Source: Raillietiella orientalis
Taxonomy: Eukaryota
Length of the DNA stretch: 64,000 bases
Direction: 5' to 3'
Assembly: GCA_036172245.1 (NCBI GenBank)
Contig: JAYWIR010000022.1
Coordinates: 1,798,001 to 1,862,000, forward strand
Shown here: positions 12,101 to 57,100 of the stretch, in pieces
Numbering within the stretch: the first letter of the stretch is position 1
Layout: the number at the start of each line of letters is the position of its first letter
Made by a program: the position numbers and the translations under genes
Notes under the pieces: model-generated
The model's database searches: none
Seen by the model: only the letters and a program-made list of their open reading frames with translations
Told to the model about the DNA's origin: nothing

Positions 12101-15100
12101 AGCCTGCCCACCGACTCTCTCCGTCGGAAGGGACGAAGTGGTTCTCCAAGGGAACCGCCCAAGCCGCGAGTCACGAGGACCTCCTCCGTCCCTCTCCTCC
12201 GTACTTTGGCAGTCCTGCCTTGTTTATTTCCCCCCCCGTGTGAAGGCTCGTCACATGCAGGAAGGGTTCGCCGTCCCTCCAATGACGTCAGTAATTAACA
12301 AGAAGCGGTGTGCCGCGGCGGACCTGGAAACGATTAGGGCAACTGTCACGCTAGGTTTGCGGGGAAGGCACCATGAGAAACGGCAAGGCGCGACCTCCGA
12401 GGTGTACCAAGCACGACCGAGGGACAATTGCGAATATCGGAGACGCCAACGCGGCAGATCGTTTTAGGGAATTCTTCGGGAGGGGGAAGAGGGGCGTGAG
12501 ACGCACGGGAACGCGCATCTTCCGCGGCTCCGCGCGCTTCTTCGATGCGGGGCGTCGCTCCGCGTTTTCCTTTCTCCTTCGAAATCCTCCCTCTCCTCCC
12601 CCCATCCCGTCCGTGCCGACCCAGACGGTTTGCCCCGCGAAGGAGTGTGCGCCCACGTTCTCCGGGATGGCGGCGCGGAGGGGGAGGGAAGCCTCGAAAG
12701 GAGAAGAGGGAAGGAGGAGGAACTCCGGGATCTCCGAAACGGATTCGGCGTGTGTGTGGTGTGGCAGAGCCATCGCATCGGCACTCTTCCAGGTCTTCAA
12801 GGAAGAGGGAAGCGGCGAAGTCGCGTCCTCCTCCCGCCCATCGCCCGGCAGCTCCGCTGCCCTTGTTATTGTCGCCGGTTGTTCCGCAGCAATTAAGGGA
12901 AATGTCTTTCCCGTCGTCTTCCAAGGAAGAAAATTATTGCTTTCGAAAGGGAACCCGGCCGTGGTCACGTGCTCCTTCCTCCATATGTGAATATACCCAC
13001 CTACCTGGGAACAAAACAACGGAGGTATGTGGAGGTTTCGAGGGCGTTTCGTCAGAAAGAAATCCCCGCAGAAATCTTCATGTGCGCATCGGACTGTGAA
13101 CCGTTCCGCCGAGGGGAGCAGGGGAGGAGAGACGCTCCAGCTAGGGCGCGAGGGCCCTCACGCGAAGGGGTGAGCAGATCGAGGGCAGGTCGAGCACAAA
13201 AGCGCTTGAGGGTACTGCGCGCTATCGAACGGGAGCTTTTTCGTATCCCGCGGCCGCTTCTCGACCCGGACGGCTCGCCCCCTGAGGATTCTCTTCTCTT
13301 CCGCGCGGATTCGGTGGAGCTCTCCGCGCAAGGGAACTCACAGGAGTAGAGGGGCGGGTAGAGTGGGGTGGTCGTGGTCACTGGATGGATTCTCCAGAGA
13401 GGTAAAAGTTCTTGTTTCCTCCCCACCGTCGTGGCGCGCCGCCGATCGCGCCTGATGGAGCGCCGTCACCGAGGGATGCAAGAAATGGACCGAGTGGGAA
13501 ATAGAAGGAAGCTGGCGAGAAGACGCTGGAAAAAGGTGCGGAGTCGGCTTCCGCACATCTGAGCAAGCGGAAAGGAGGAGGTGCGATGTGCGGCGCTGCC
13601 AGGCTTCTTGTAGTGCTGACTCCATGGAAGCACAGGGAGGATTCTTTGCAAGACACCAATGAGGGAGGGGGAGTTTTTCGGCCATCTGGAGATGGAAGCA
13701 AGCGTAGGGGGTCGCTAACGAAGTGCTCCAGAGAATGGGAGGAAAGGAGGTTTAAGAAGAATCGGGTTTTCGATCGCGGAAGCCGGGAGGGCGATGGCAT
13801 ATTCTTGCGCTTTTCTCCGAAACTTTCGTGGTCCCTCCGCGAGTAGGAAGAGCAAGATCAATAGAACATCCACAATTTGGTAAAACCACTCGGTGGGCAC
13901 CCAGAGAACAGCAGCATCTCTGCCGTAGTCGAGGTGGTCGCTGCTGTTGCTGCGATTGTGGGTGGAAGGCACAGGCGCGTGCTCAGCGGGTGGTGTGGAT
14001 GACAGCACCAGCAATGAGCTTTCATGTTTTTTCCCCGTACTACACTCAAGGACGCGCCGAAGAAGAAGAAGACAGGGAGCAACAACGATCAGACTTTGCA
14101 AGAACGGAAGAGAAGAGGCTGCATGTTTCGGATGGACAATTAGTCTCCTTCTCTTGTGTGTGGTTCCTTTCGCTCACTTTTAGGACTCAGAGTGTGAAGG
14201 ACTATGGCATTGGATCTTCCGTCCCGAGAAGATAAGATCGGGAAGAGGAGGTGGAGGGAAAGCGAAAGCAGTAGCGGCAGCATAGCAACCACACAACCAA
14301 AGTCAGCCTGGAAACGGGTTGCGCAAGACATTGAGCGCATCTGCGGAAGAACTCGCGGCGCGGGAAGAGCGAGCGCCTCGGATGGTTGCTTGATCGTAGC
14401 GAGGGAAGGAATCAAGGAGGATCGGCCTCGGAAAGCACGGAACCAGTCAAAATCCTCAATCCCTTCCCTCCCTCCCTCCCCCCCCCTCTTCCCCCTTTTC
14501 GCGCCGTGAAGAGGTGGACGAAAGGCTCAGGCCGTCAGCGGATGGAACATGTCATGGCGTCCAACACTCGCTCGTCACCGGCGCCCTCTGCTTTGCCTGC
14601 GCTCCGCTTCGAGCACAGGATCTCGGAGAAATCTTCCCTCGATCAAGTTCCTGCAGTAGCTGGAGAAGGAGGAATGACTTTGACCTCAAAGGTTCTGTGC
14701 CCCCGGAGGAGGGGAGCAAGGCATCCCTGCTCCCGTCGCGTGTGGTGGCGATGCCAGACGTGATCGTCCTGGAAGCGGCGCCGCTCTGCACATCCCTTCG
14801 AAAGCTCCGTTAGAACCCCCATCTTTCTAGTGAAGATCCTCCCCCTTTTCTCTCCACCACTTCTCTTCGGGGGGATCGCATTCGTCCCGAGATGACCTCC
14901 GGAACGCCCCAATCTCTTTGAGGTTTCTTCATCCCAGGCGTTTCTCACATCGTGGTTGTCACCAAGACGCGGGAGGTCTCCTGGGAACCCAAACGTTCGG
15001 CTGGTCCGGAGGACTTAGAGCACCGTCCAGCCCTTCGCCCCCAATGTGGGCGAGGTTGCGCCCACCTGCGTGCCTTACGCCTTGCAGTGCCGTCTTCGCA

Positions 15101-17014
15101 GCCGGGGTGCTCGGTGTGTGCGCACCCCGCAGTCTCGTGAGCCGCAAGGCGCTTCTCCAGCTGGACCACAGCCACCGATTTTCCGTCTCCGGTGTCCTTG
15201 TGTCCACAGAGGTCACCGTGCGCGCGGCTTTCTTGGTGGTCGGTGGCATTCGCTCCTGCTTCCCCGAACTCTCGAACCGGAGACCGGGAACCCCTATGGA
15301 CCTTTCAACTGCGAGTCACTTGGGAACCCCGTTGGTTTTCACCCGGGTTCGCCGAGTGAAAACCAACAGTTTATTTTACACAAACTTAATTCAGGATACA
15401 TTGTGGTTGGACTGGTGGTCCAACCACGCCCAATTTAAAGGAGACCTGCCGGGTCGCCGGAGCGCAGACTGGCGCGGGGGAACCCCATTGAAGGGGGGGC
15501 CAAGATGCTGTGGTCCACTGGAAGCGCCAGAGGGTGCACCTTGGAGGTACGTCGCCGAAGGAGGCGTCTCCTTGAGGGTCTCCCGCCGTTGTCGGCTGTT
15601 GCCGCCTGCCCGTTTCCTTCATAGTCTTCCGCTCCCTTTGGGTTTCCCTCGCGAGCGGTTGGTTGTGGGCGAAGGGGAAGTGGGGAGGGAGGAAGGGGAC
15701 GCCGCTTGCCTGTAGGTCACCCGGTTCACTAGGTTGGAACACCCAGTGGAACCTGACCGAGGGCTCAGGGGAAGGCTCTCTTTGCAAGGCAGCGGGGGGA
15801 ACGGCTGGCGCAGCCGGAAGAACTTTCTCGCGGAGCGAGCCGGGCGGAAGTGAGAGGGCGCTTGTGTAAACGCGGGGGGAAACTTGGTGTCGCGTGGAAA
15901 TGGATGGCGTCATCCTCCCCCCTCCCCCTCCGGTTTATTAGCTCGGTGACCATCGCATCGATCAACCATCCGGCGGGGCGAGGATGGACGTCGCGCACGT
16001 GCTGGGAAGGTCCGAAGCGGCGGCCATTTGTCATCCGGGCAAGCCTAGGACTTCCTCTCTGTTCCACTCTGGAACCTGCGGCGATGGGCGCAGCCCGCCG
16101 TCGAATTTAGGGACCGCTCCTCCTCTCCGAGCCAGCGTAGATGGGCTCCCTTGCGCGTCGTTTAAGGAGGGACGCCCGCCCGCGGCCTCGACGCCCTTCG
16201 GCGTTGCTTTCCACACTGCTGAAAGCGTTCGTGGGAGGGCCGGCACCACTGTAGGGGATGATGGCTGCCAGTCAAGTGCTTGCGGGCAGGGAAAACTCCG
16301 TTCCCGAGCGGAGGCTGCGGCGAACCGGGGATTCTTGAAACTCTTGGCTTCTATGAAGAAAGGAGGGGGAATCAGCGGTGGGGGCAGGACTCTTGGAGGA
16401 GGGTCTGGAGTATCCCTCCCCTCCTCCCCCTTCCTTAGGTGTGCACCCGTAGGGATGCCTCCCTCGTCATTGCAACCATGGCTAGCTGCTTGCGGGCGGT
16501 CGCTGCATTCGAGACACCATGACCAGCTGCAAAGGGTGGGGGAAGAGGGACATCATGATGTTCAGCCGTGGCCCGCTCATTAGGAGCGTGGAAGACTCCG
16601 CTCTTCACGGATCGCGGACTGCGCGCGCCCAGCCACGGTTGTCGCGTGACGGAGGTTCAACGGAGGGGAAAAGGCGGACGGACGGACTGACGGAACGCTG
16701 GAGGAATGAGGGCAGGGAACGCTTCCCGGGAGTCATCTTTGCTTCCCTCAAAAGCGCCGCCGCTTTGGCCAGTGCTTTCCCCTGCGCCTGCTGATGCCGC
16801 CTGCTGCAGATTCCCGCCCGCTCCCTCCGTCCCTCACTTGCTTCCATCGGGAAGCGACAACCGGTTTCCACCCTTCCTTCTTTTACCCCTCTTCTCATCT
16901 CTTTGCAGATAAAAGCTGGTGACTGATGAAACCCCTTGCAGCGAAGGATCCCAGAATCTCAGACCCCAGCTGCTAGAAAGCAAACAAACAAACAACCCCA
17001 GCCAGGCCAGGAAC

Positions 17015-49780
<32,766 letters not shown>

Positions 49781-51039
49781 CTTGGCTCCTCGGGAAAAGA
49801 TGCATTGTGATACTCCTGCGATCTCTCCTCCCCTGCCTTCAGTCTTTCCAACTGTGATGTCCTCCTTCACCGGCAGGCGAAGAGACCCCGCTCCATCCGG
49901 TTGCTCCGGGATCTTCTCCAAGTGGGGTCAGCTTAGTGATCGAGAACGCGGGAATCAGAAGAAAACGCCGCTGCTTCGCAGGAGCTCGCGAAAAACCTGA
50001 AATGCTTGGGAATAAGGAGTCGAAGGAGCCGGAGGCGCGCGCGGTCCAGGGAGGGCACTCTCTCTCTGCATCGCGCGCGCGCAGGACGGGAAGGGGAGTT
50101 CGCGGGGCGCGGGCCACGATCTGGCGTCCTCCAGGCGAGATCGCACAGAGGACGCGGAACGCGCTGGCCCGCGTTCTGCTGATTCTCTTCCGATCCGTCG
50201 TTCCCAGAGGATCCTACAGGACAGCAGTGAATGCACTCCGGGAGACCGGGGGGTCCCGATCAGCCATCCCACGACTCCTCCAAACAGTGAGACCCTTCCG
50301 ATATGCGAAGACTCCGAAAGAAAGGGAAAAAGAAAAAAAAAAAAAAAAAGATGAAAAATGCAGTTTCCACAAATTGGAACGATCTTCTCATTTGTCTTCC
50401 TGACTCGGTGCATGCTGTGTGATCTGCCAGAACAGATCGCCACAGGGGAAAAGGGGTTGCATTCGTAGGCTGCGCTGCATTCACCGTGGGAGCGCTCCTT
50501 TCGTTTCAGGGCCGCGAGGACCCAGACCTTGCCTTGCAGATGCGCGCACCCGAAGGCGTGGTTTTTCGGCTTCCGGATTTGTTTTTTGCGGACGCGAGCT
50601 GTGGTAGCAAAGAGCCGAACTTCAACCTCAGCATCAGTCCTCAATCATCTCATCATCGTAAAAAGTTTCTGCCCGTTAGGGGTCTGGAAGTATGGGAACG
50701 GCGTCCTCCTTGACACCTGAAACGTTTAGGAGCAGTTGCAGGGTCGCATCTGGAGATTCTACCCCAATGATGTTCACTGGCTCCCGACCTACTGACGGCA
50801 TGAGGCGGAAGCTGCGGGTTTCACTCGCTGGTGGAACATGGATGACTTCAGCACCAACCACTCATCACCAGCAGATTCGGTTCTCGGAAAGGAGGGGACG
50901 TGGGATGTGTGCTGCGAAACGATTTCTCTTGTAGGGCGTACCAGTGGAAACCAGCCCACCTCGAGTGTGGCTTTGCGGCGAAGCGCAGCGGTACCATTGG
51001 CAGAAGTGGCTCTTACCGTGTCGACTCTTTGTGGTACAT

Positions 51040-51145
51040 TGCATTAGATTAAATTTATCATTCAATTAAATCTATTCATGTTAGATCCGAATTTCGTGTA
51101 TTACATTTACATCTCTTATGCTACATATTTAAATTTTTATTTATG
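51040..51145 (+). terminator. Candidate polyadenylation region of the DYRK mRNA
   Basis: First extended AT-rich patch after the stop codon, with ATTAAA at 51048 and 51065 followed by a T-rich sequence. Confidence 0.35.
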
Positions 51146-54100
51146 CCGTCCTTGGACGCAAATAATAGGATGCATGGGTCGGCGGAGACTGGTCCAGCAA
51201 ACCGTAATCTGTAAGAACCATTGAAAGCGGGATGAAAACTACAAAATCTGTGAGACCCTAACAAAAACTCTCTTCTCTTTCCTGTAAAGCCGCGCCGAAC
51301 CCTCGAGGAAGTAATCAGCTGATTCCAGAACACAACTCCACGGCGCCACCTGAGTCACGACTTCAGAAGCGTCGACTCGCCTTCTGCACCCAGAAAGCCC
51401 CGCTTAAGAGGGAACAGCCTTGTACCTTGAAGCCGTTGTTATATACTCCGTTGACTGCCCGAAAAGTGTAATCATCTTAAAGAGAATTCTGGCATAATGG
51501 ACCACTGCCGAGAATAACCATCTTCTCCGGCTCCCTGTCAAAAGAGAGCGTAATGTGGAAATTTGGGGTAGCCTTGCAATTTGAGCTCGCTGCTAGGCTC
51601 TTAATGGCTGCGAAGGAAAATCTTGGATCTCTGGATTAACTTTTGCAGCCCAGAGTGGATGGAGGGCTCTTGCAAACGATATAGAGACTCTCGTCAGTGG
51701 GGTCTGAACGAAACCGGTTTATGGGCCCGTGGCAAGGCGAGGTGGAATTCCCTCTCTGGCAATCCTGCATCCGAGCCGGCATGCTCTTCGCTTCACGACA
51801 CGGGATCAGGAGCATCAAACGCAGGAGGAAGTGACTACCTGCAGCTGGAGGTCTCTCGCGAGCACGCGTGATCGGAAACGCTTGAGGAAGCGTAGGTGCT
51901 GGCAGCCAGCAGCCTCACCTTCGGACGAGGAGACCTTTTTTTTTGCACCCACGGCACGTCTGCTCCGGCACGAGGTCTGTCCTCTGAAAAACAATGCGAA
52001 ACTGCGGGTATTCCGTGAACCAGAAGCAGAAGTTCCGCGGAAAAGAACGAATATATCTTGAGAGAGACCGAGGAAACGTCGCCAAGGATTCTCCGGACTC
52101 GCTTGAAGACGAGTCCGGTAGGCCTGCCCAGATCTACGACGACCAAACGGCATTTTTTTCCTCTCGAGCGCGACCTGCATCCATCACGTTTCTGACGACC
52201 CTCGAGTTCCGCTGCTTCAGCAAGTCCCAAAGAACGCAGCTGACCGATTGTTTTCTTTCTTTCTTTTTTTTTGTTTTCCATCTCCAGCATCCAAAGTACC
52301 ATTATTTTCCGGTTCCCCAAGCTCGTGCTCGTGAAGTGCATATTCCGGAGAAGATGACGGGATGGGTCTTCCTATTGGTGAGAGGCGGTCCCTCGGGAGG
52401 TCACTGGCGGGAAACGTGGGAGCCGACTCCTCTTGAGCGCGAGCGCCCGGCTGCAGTTAGAAGCTGCAAGCTGCATTTCTCGGACGAGCACTGAGGACAC
52501 ACCCAAATCGATCTCCCCTAGGAAGCGGAGTGAAGAGCGCCCCCCCCCCTCTTTTTTTCCTCGAGAGTAACGGATCGTAAGCGAATCCGCAGAACGGGAC
52601 CCGCATGTTCCGCATCCTCTTGTTCGATCCCGTCTGGAGGACGCCAGTTGCGGCCCGTCGCATTCCAGACCTATCCGGAGGATCGAGGCGGGCAGGGGAT
52701 TTGAAAAGCGGTCGTCCGGAGCGAAACCGTCTTGGGGGCTGTGCCAGAGGTTCCCAGAGTGCGAGCGGAGATGCGCAGGCGTGGAGAAAACCTCGGTGCT
52801 TCATGGGACAGGAAGGCAGGGATCAGTGAGCTGCGCGTTCCCTGCGGAAGAGCTCAAGCAATCGAGCGAGGGACGCGAACGGCGAAGGGCATCTCGAATC
52901 CAACCGGAGTCTGGTAAAAGAAATCCTGGAAGCAGATGAGGGGGAGATGGAAAGAGGCCTACGAACCCATCGTCGGGTTGCTGCGACGGGCAAGTGATCA
53001 AAGCTGAAGAAGAAAGCACCGAAGCTCGTGTGGTGCTCCCTCTGCCCTTCTCATCCATCGGTGGTTGCTTTGGGAACGGTCCGTAAAGAGGTCGTGGATC
53101 CCGAGTGTAGAAAAGCAGGGTGGGCGGCGCATGCCAGGGTGGCGAAAATGGAAGCGCGGAGGAAGCTGGAGGAACCGCAGCTCAAGAGACTGCGCAGAAC
53201 TCTCGGGATCCGAAATTAGAGGTCCTTGCGGGATGCGACAGACGTGATCCAGGCATCACACAAACAGTAGGAACGCTCGAGGAGCAGTGTCCATCATCAC
53301 CACCACCATCGTTATCATTTTCCACGCAGTCGCTGTTTTGCTCAGGCTGGCTGCTGGAACAAACACTGCATGAAAAAGGAAGAAAGGGGAAATAAACTGA
53401 GGTCGAATGCGACAAGAAGAGGGCTGCCGCGTTCCACCCTTGCTTCCCAGCATACGATCGACCTCGAGCGAGCGAACCTTCTTCGAAGATTTCGCTCCCG
53501 CCTCTAGCCAACCGTTTTCATCGTCCCGAATGGCTTCCCAAATGGGAAGCGCTTACTCATCGTCCATTCGCATTCACGAAAGTATAGGTGGGGCGGTTCG
53601 CGGCAGCAAATCCCTCTATTCTTAGCCGGGGTGAGCGAGCTACCTTTAATGAACTCATAAGTCAATTTGGGATCTCATTTCCCACTTTTTTTTACTGTTT
53701 CAGCGAGCAGCATCCGTCGAAACAGGTACCGCAGCATCTGCTCCGGCCAACTTATATTAATTGCTCTCGCAACCACACCAGGAAGCAAGAATTAGGCGGT
53801 GGTTTCCTCTGGCAATCATTAAAGATACGCTGTGATGCGTTCCCGTGGAAAAGTTCTTCGAGAAAGAAGACCAAACTGGAAAGCTTTCCATTTTCCGAAG
53901 TCGTTGCATCTGCAACAAAGCAGAGAATTAATCAAAGTGTTCCCGAGTAAATCATTCATGCTTTCAAGAACGCATTCCCCTTTAATGATCGCGCCGGACG
54001 GAAACTTTAACCTAAGTTATACTTGGCCTTCTTCATCTGTATTTTGGAACCAAACCTCACGTAACCCCCGGCGTCATTAACCAGAAGAAGCTGTCTGCCT

Positions 54101-56899
54101 CTTCTGCTGTTTCATCCTTATTTCATGCCAAGATTGTGAAAAAGCTTGCCAGGCAGCGAGAGAAGCAGGATGGAGCCCCGTGCCGGGAATCTTTTCGGGA
54201 CTTCCTCCCAACACAGGAGCTAACACGCTCTTGTGCATCGCGACATCGAGTCGCATGTGCTTTATCGCAGATCGGCTGTCCTGCCTCCGACATCTTACTG
54301 CAGCGGCGATGGGTTCGACGACGCTACGAAAGAGCGAGGGTGCAACCGATAGCAAATGCGTCCTCTGGACGACCTGAAAGACACCCCATGAGCCTCGTGC
54401 GTGGAAACTGCGACTGCTGGGCAAGCCACGTCGCCGGTGGCTACTGGGAAAGTGAATTCTTTCCAATGTCACCCAGAAGAAACGTGCTGATGGACGTCTA
54501 GCTGACCATCCAAATATCTAACGGAGAGCACTTCTGTGAGAGGTTCAGGTGATGTCCCCTAATTTCGTCGAAAGTTGCATTGCTGGAAAGCTAGCGCCCA
54601 CGTTTCTTGAAGCAGGATGCAACGGCGCGAAGAGCCATCTGCAGTGCCTCATGAAGAGTGGGAAGGAGAGAGTAGAACGACCCTTCGATAATTGCAAATT
54701 TATGATTTATTTGGGATGGCAGGTCAAAAGTGAAGGTGCTTGATGCCCACAATAATCAAGTGGACCCCTTGGACGAATGGCCTTCTTGCTTTGCATCTTA
54801 TGATGGATGCAGCTTCCTCTTTTTTTTTTTTTGGTTTTTACCGTTGATCGATCTCACGAGATCATGAAAAAAGGCTGAAGGTACAAGAATACAGCAGCAG
54901 ACGGAAAGTTTGTCTTTTTTTTTTTTTTTTTATTGCCGTATTTCTGTCTCTTGGCATGGATGCTGCAATAAAAAAACATCTTTGGCAATTAAAGCGTCTC
55001 CTTCGCTCTGAATGTGAATCCAACAACTAATTGTACAGGTGATGTGCACATTATTCATGCTGCCGCCGACTGAGATGAGCCACCGAATAAAAGCATATGT
55101 ACACAAGAATTATACTCATAAGAATTATGCACTCGGCGGGCCCTGAAATTTTTACAAATTTCTCCAAGAGGAAAAAAAATGGCGAAAGAAAGACTGAAAA
55201 AGAGATGACATAATTCACTTGCTTCCCCTTAACCGATTCTTTGCTGTCTAAATTCTATCGTCCTTGTGTCAGACTTAGAAGCTGAAAGCTTCAGGATGTG
55301 AATTGTGGTGTAATTCAGCCGGGCTGGTCCGCAACTCACGGAGAGACGCCAAAAGAAATTTCAGGCAGTCCTCAGAGCAGAGCTGTTCGCGTTGAGATTG
55401 ATGTCCAGTGCACTATTCAAAGATGTTTTTTTGCATTTCTGAATTTACGCCTACCTTTCACAACGTATGTAAGCAGCAGACGCCGACGCAAACAGCCACT
55501 CACATCTCCGAGATCAGCCCATCCAAGCAGTGGATTCATTCGGGTACCAAACAGTTGCAGATTTTGAATCGGATTCCTCCTGCGCGGGATGGTCACGGAG
55601 GTTCCGCTGGATGGAAGAAGATATTTGATTGCAAGTCGCGAGCGATGCCAGCTCCTAGTTGAAGGGAAATGCCCGAGGGCAGTGGCACTGTAGGGTTGTC
55701 TTCGCATTGGACTCGGAGGCATCCTCCGTCAAAACAAGGATATCTCTCATCTCATGTGTGGGGGGGGAAACACGGGTAGAGCTTGAAGGCGTTTTGTGAG
55801 AACAGATCATTTTGTTAACCAAGGAGTTTCTTCGATTCGTACTTTCGAGAAATACAGTTCACAGAGGAACAGTGAAGTACATCTCCTGCCATCATTTCTG
55901 GTTCGGATTTATTTACTGTAACCTATTTTGTTGGGAAGAAACCACTGATCTCATCTCGTTCCCCGATCGATCTCGCAAGCAGAAATCCTGTTTCTAGATG
56001 TTGCTCTTTTCCCTCCATCTACTTATAAATATCGCAATCAGTAATAGTATGCCGCCCGCTCGTCAGATGGGTGACCATGGAACGCGAACCCTGAAAGATG
56101 GATGGTAAGGAGATGCAGATAGCGATGCATCTTCATACGATACTGCCATTCACGCTGTACGTATAAAATCGCGGGAATGGGCGGATATGTACAAGTTTTG
56201 AGGAAAACATGAGATCGTGGGCACTGTTTCGCAGGTCTTCAGCAATACGAGAACGACATGCGTCAATGGATAATCCTTGCCCAAATTTCGCAAGTCCAAA
56301 ATCCGTTAATCAGAACGGCGCTCTTTAAGGAAGGACGTTTCTTTTACGCTGAGCAAGGAAACCTGTCCAGAACGCAGCAGAATTCCAGATCGATTTTTCA
56401 TCTTTCCTGTGGGCATCATGCTCACGTGCTAACATCCAGGAACCGTTTGGTCGATGATATCCCGTGCTCCCTTTTAAGGAATTTCGTTGCAAAATGCTGC
56501 TGCTCAAAATGCCTATCGGCAGGAGTTCCGAGCGAAGAGATTCCAAGAAACGTTTCGATTCAAATGTGGTGTCCGTGTTTCATTGAAATGCTTGGAGCCA
56601 TCCATTCTCACGATCCCTGACAGAGATTATTTCTACGCACCTAGGCAACGGTTCAGGCATGCAGGACAACTCCGGCAGCTCCACACTAGGTTCGAGTGAA
56701 TCCTCAGCAGAGCAGCGGATCAGAAAAGATGGTCCATTTTGTGGCGCGCTCGAGAGCAGCAGCAGCGGAGGTCGGAGGGCATCAGGCGTTAGCACGAGTG
56801 GAAATGCACGGATGAGGAAGAAGGCGGAGTGATGTGCGGGAAGGCTTCCCGTGGACAAAGATGAGAATGTGGGTATGAATTCAGCTGTGTGGAAATGGT

Positions 56900-57100
56900 T
56901 CAAGGGTGGTAAGGACCCCTTGAGAACAGTGGGGAGAGATACTGCTGTGAACCAGGTCGAGAGAACGCGAAATCCGCAGAATAGCTGCTCCGTTTTAGAG
57001 CACAGGAAATTTTGATTTCTGGGAGTCCAGGCAGAAAATGAAACACGAACTGGCTTTGAGCCGAGGAGCGTAACAAACGCTGTACCATTCCTATGTGGAA
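56900..57100 (-). mobile_element. Possible degenerate RT fragment (non-LTR)
   Basis: ISCALKRSSYSADFAFSRPGSQQYLSPLF loosely resembles NG.LS..F...RG.RQGCPLSPLLF. Heavily diverged. Confidence 0.35.

Noticed and set aside
14945..14970. Minus-strand TGGTGAC as an LTR primer-binding site
   Set aside because: Not directly preceded by an LTR-ending CA and not followed by a gag-like ORF.
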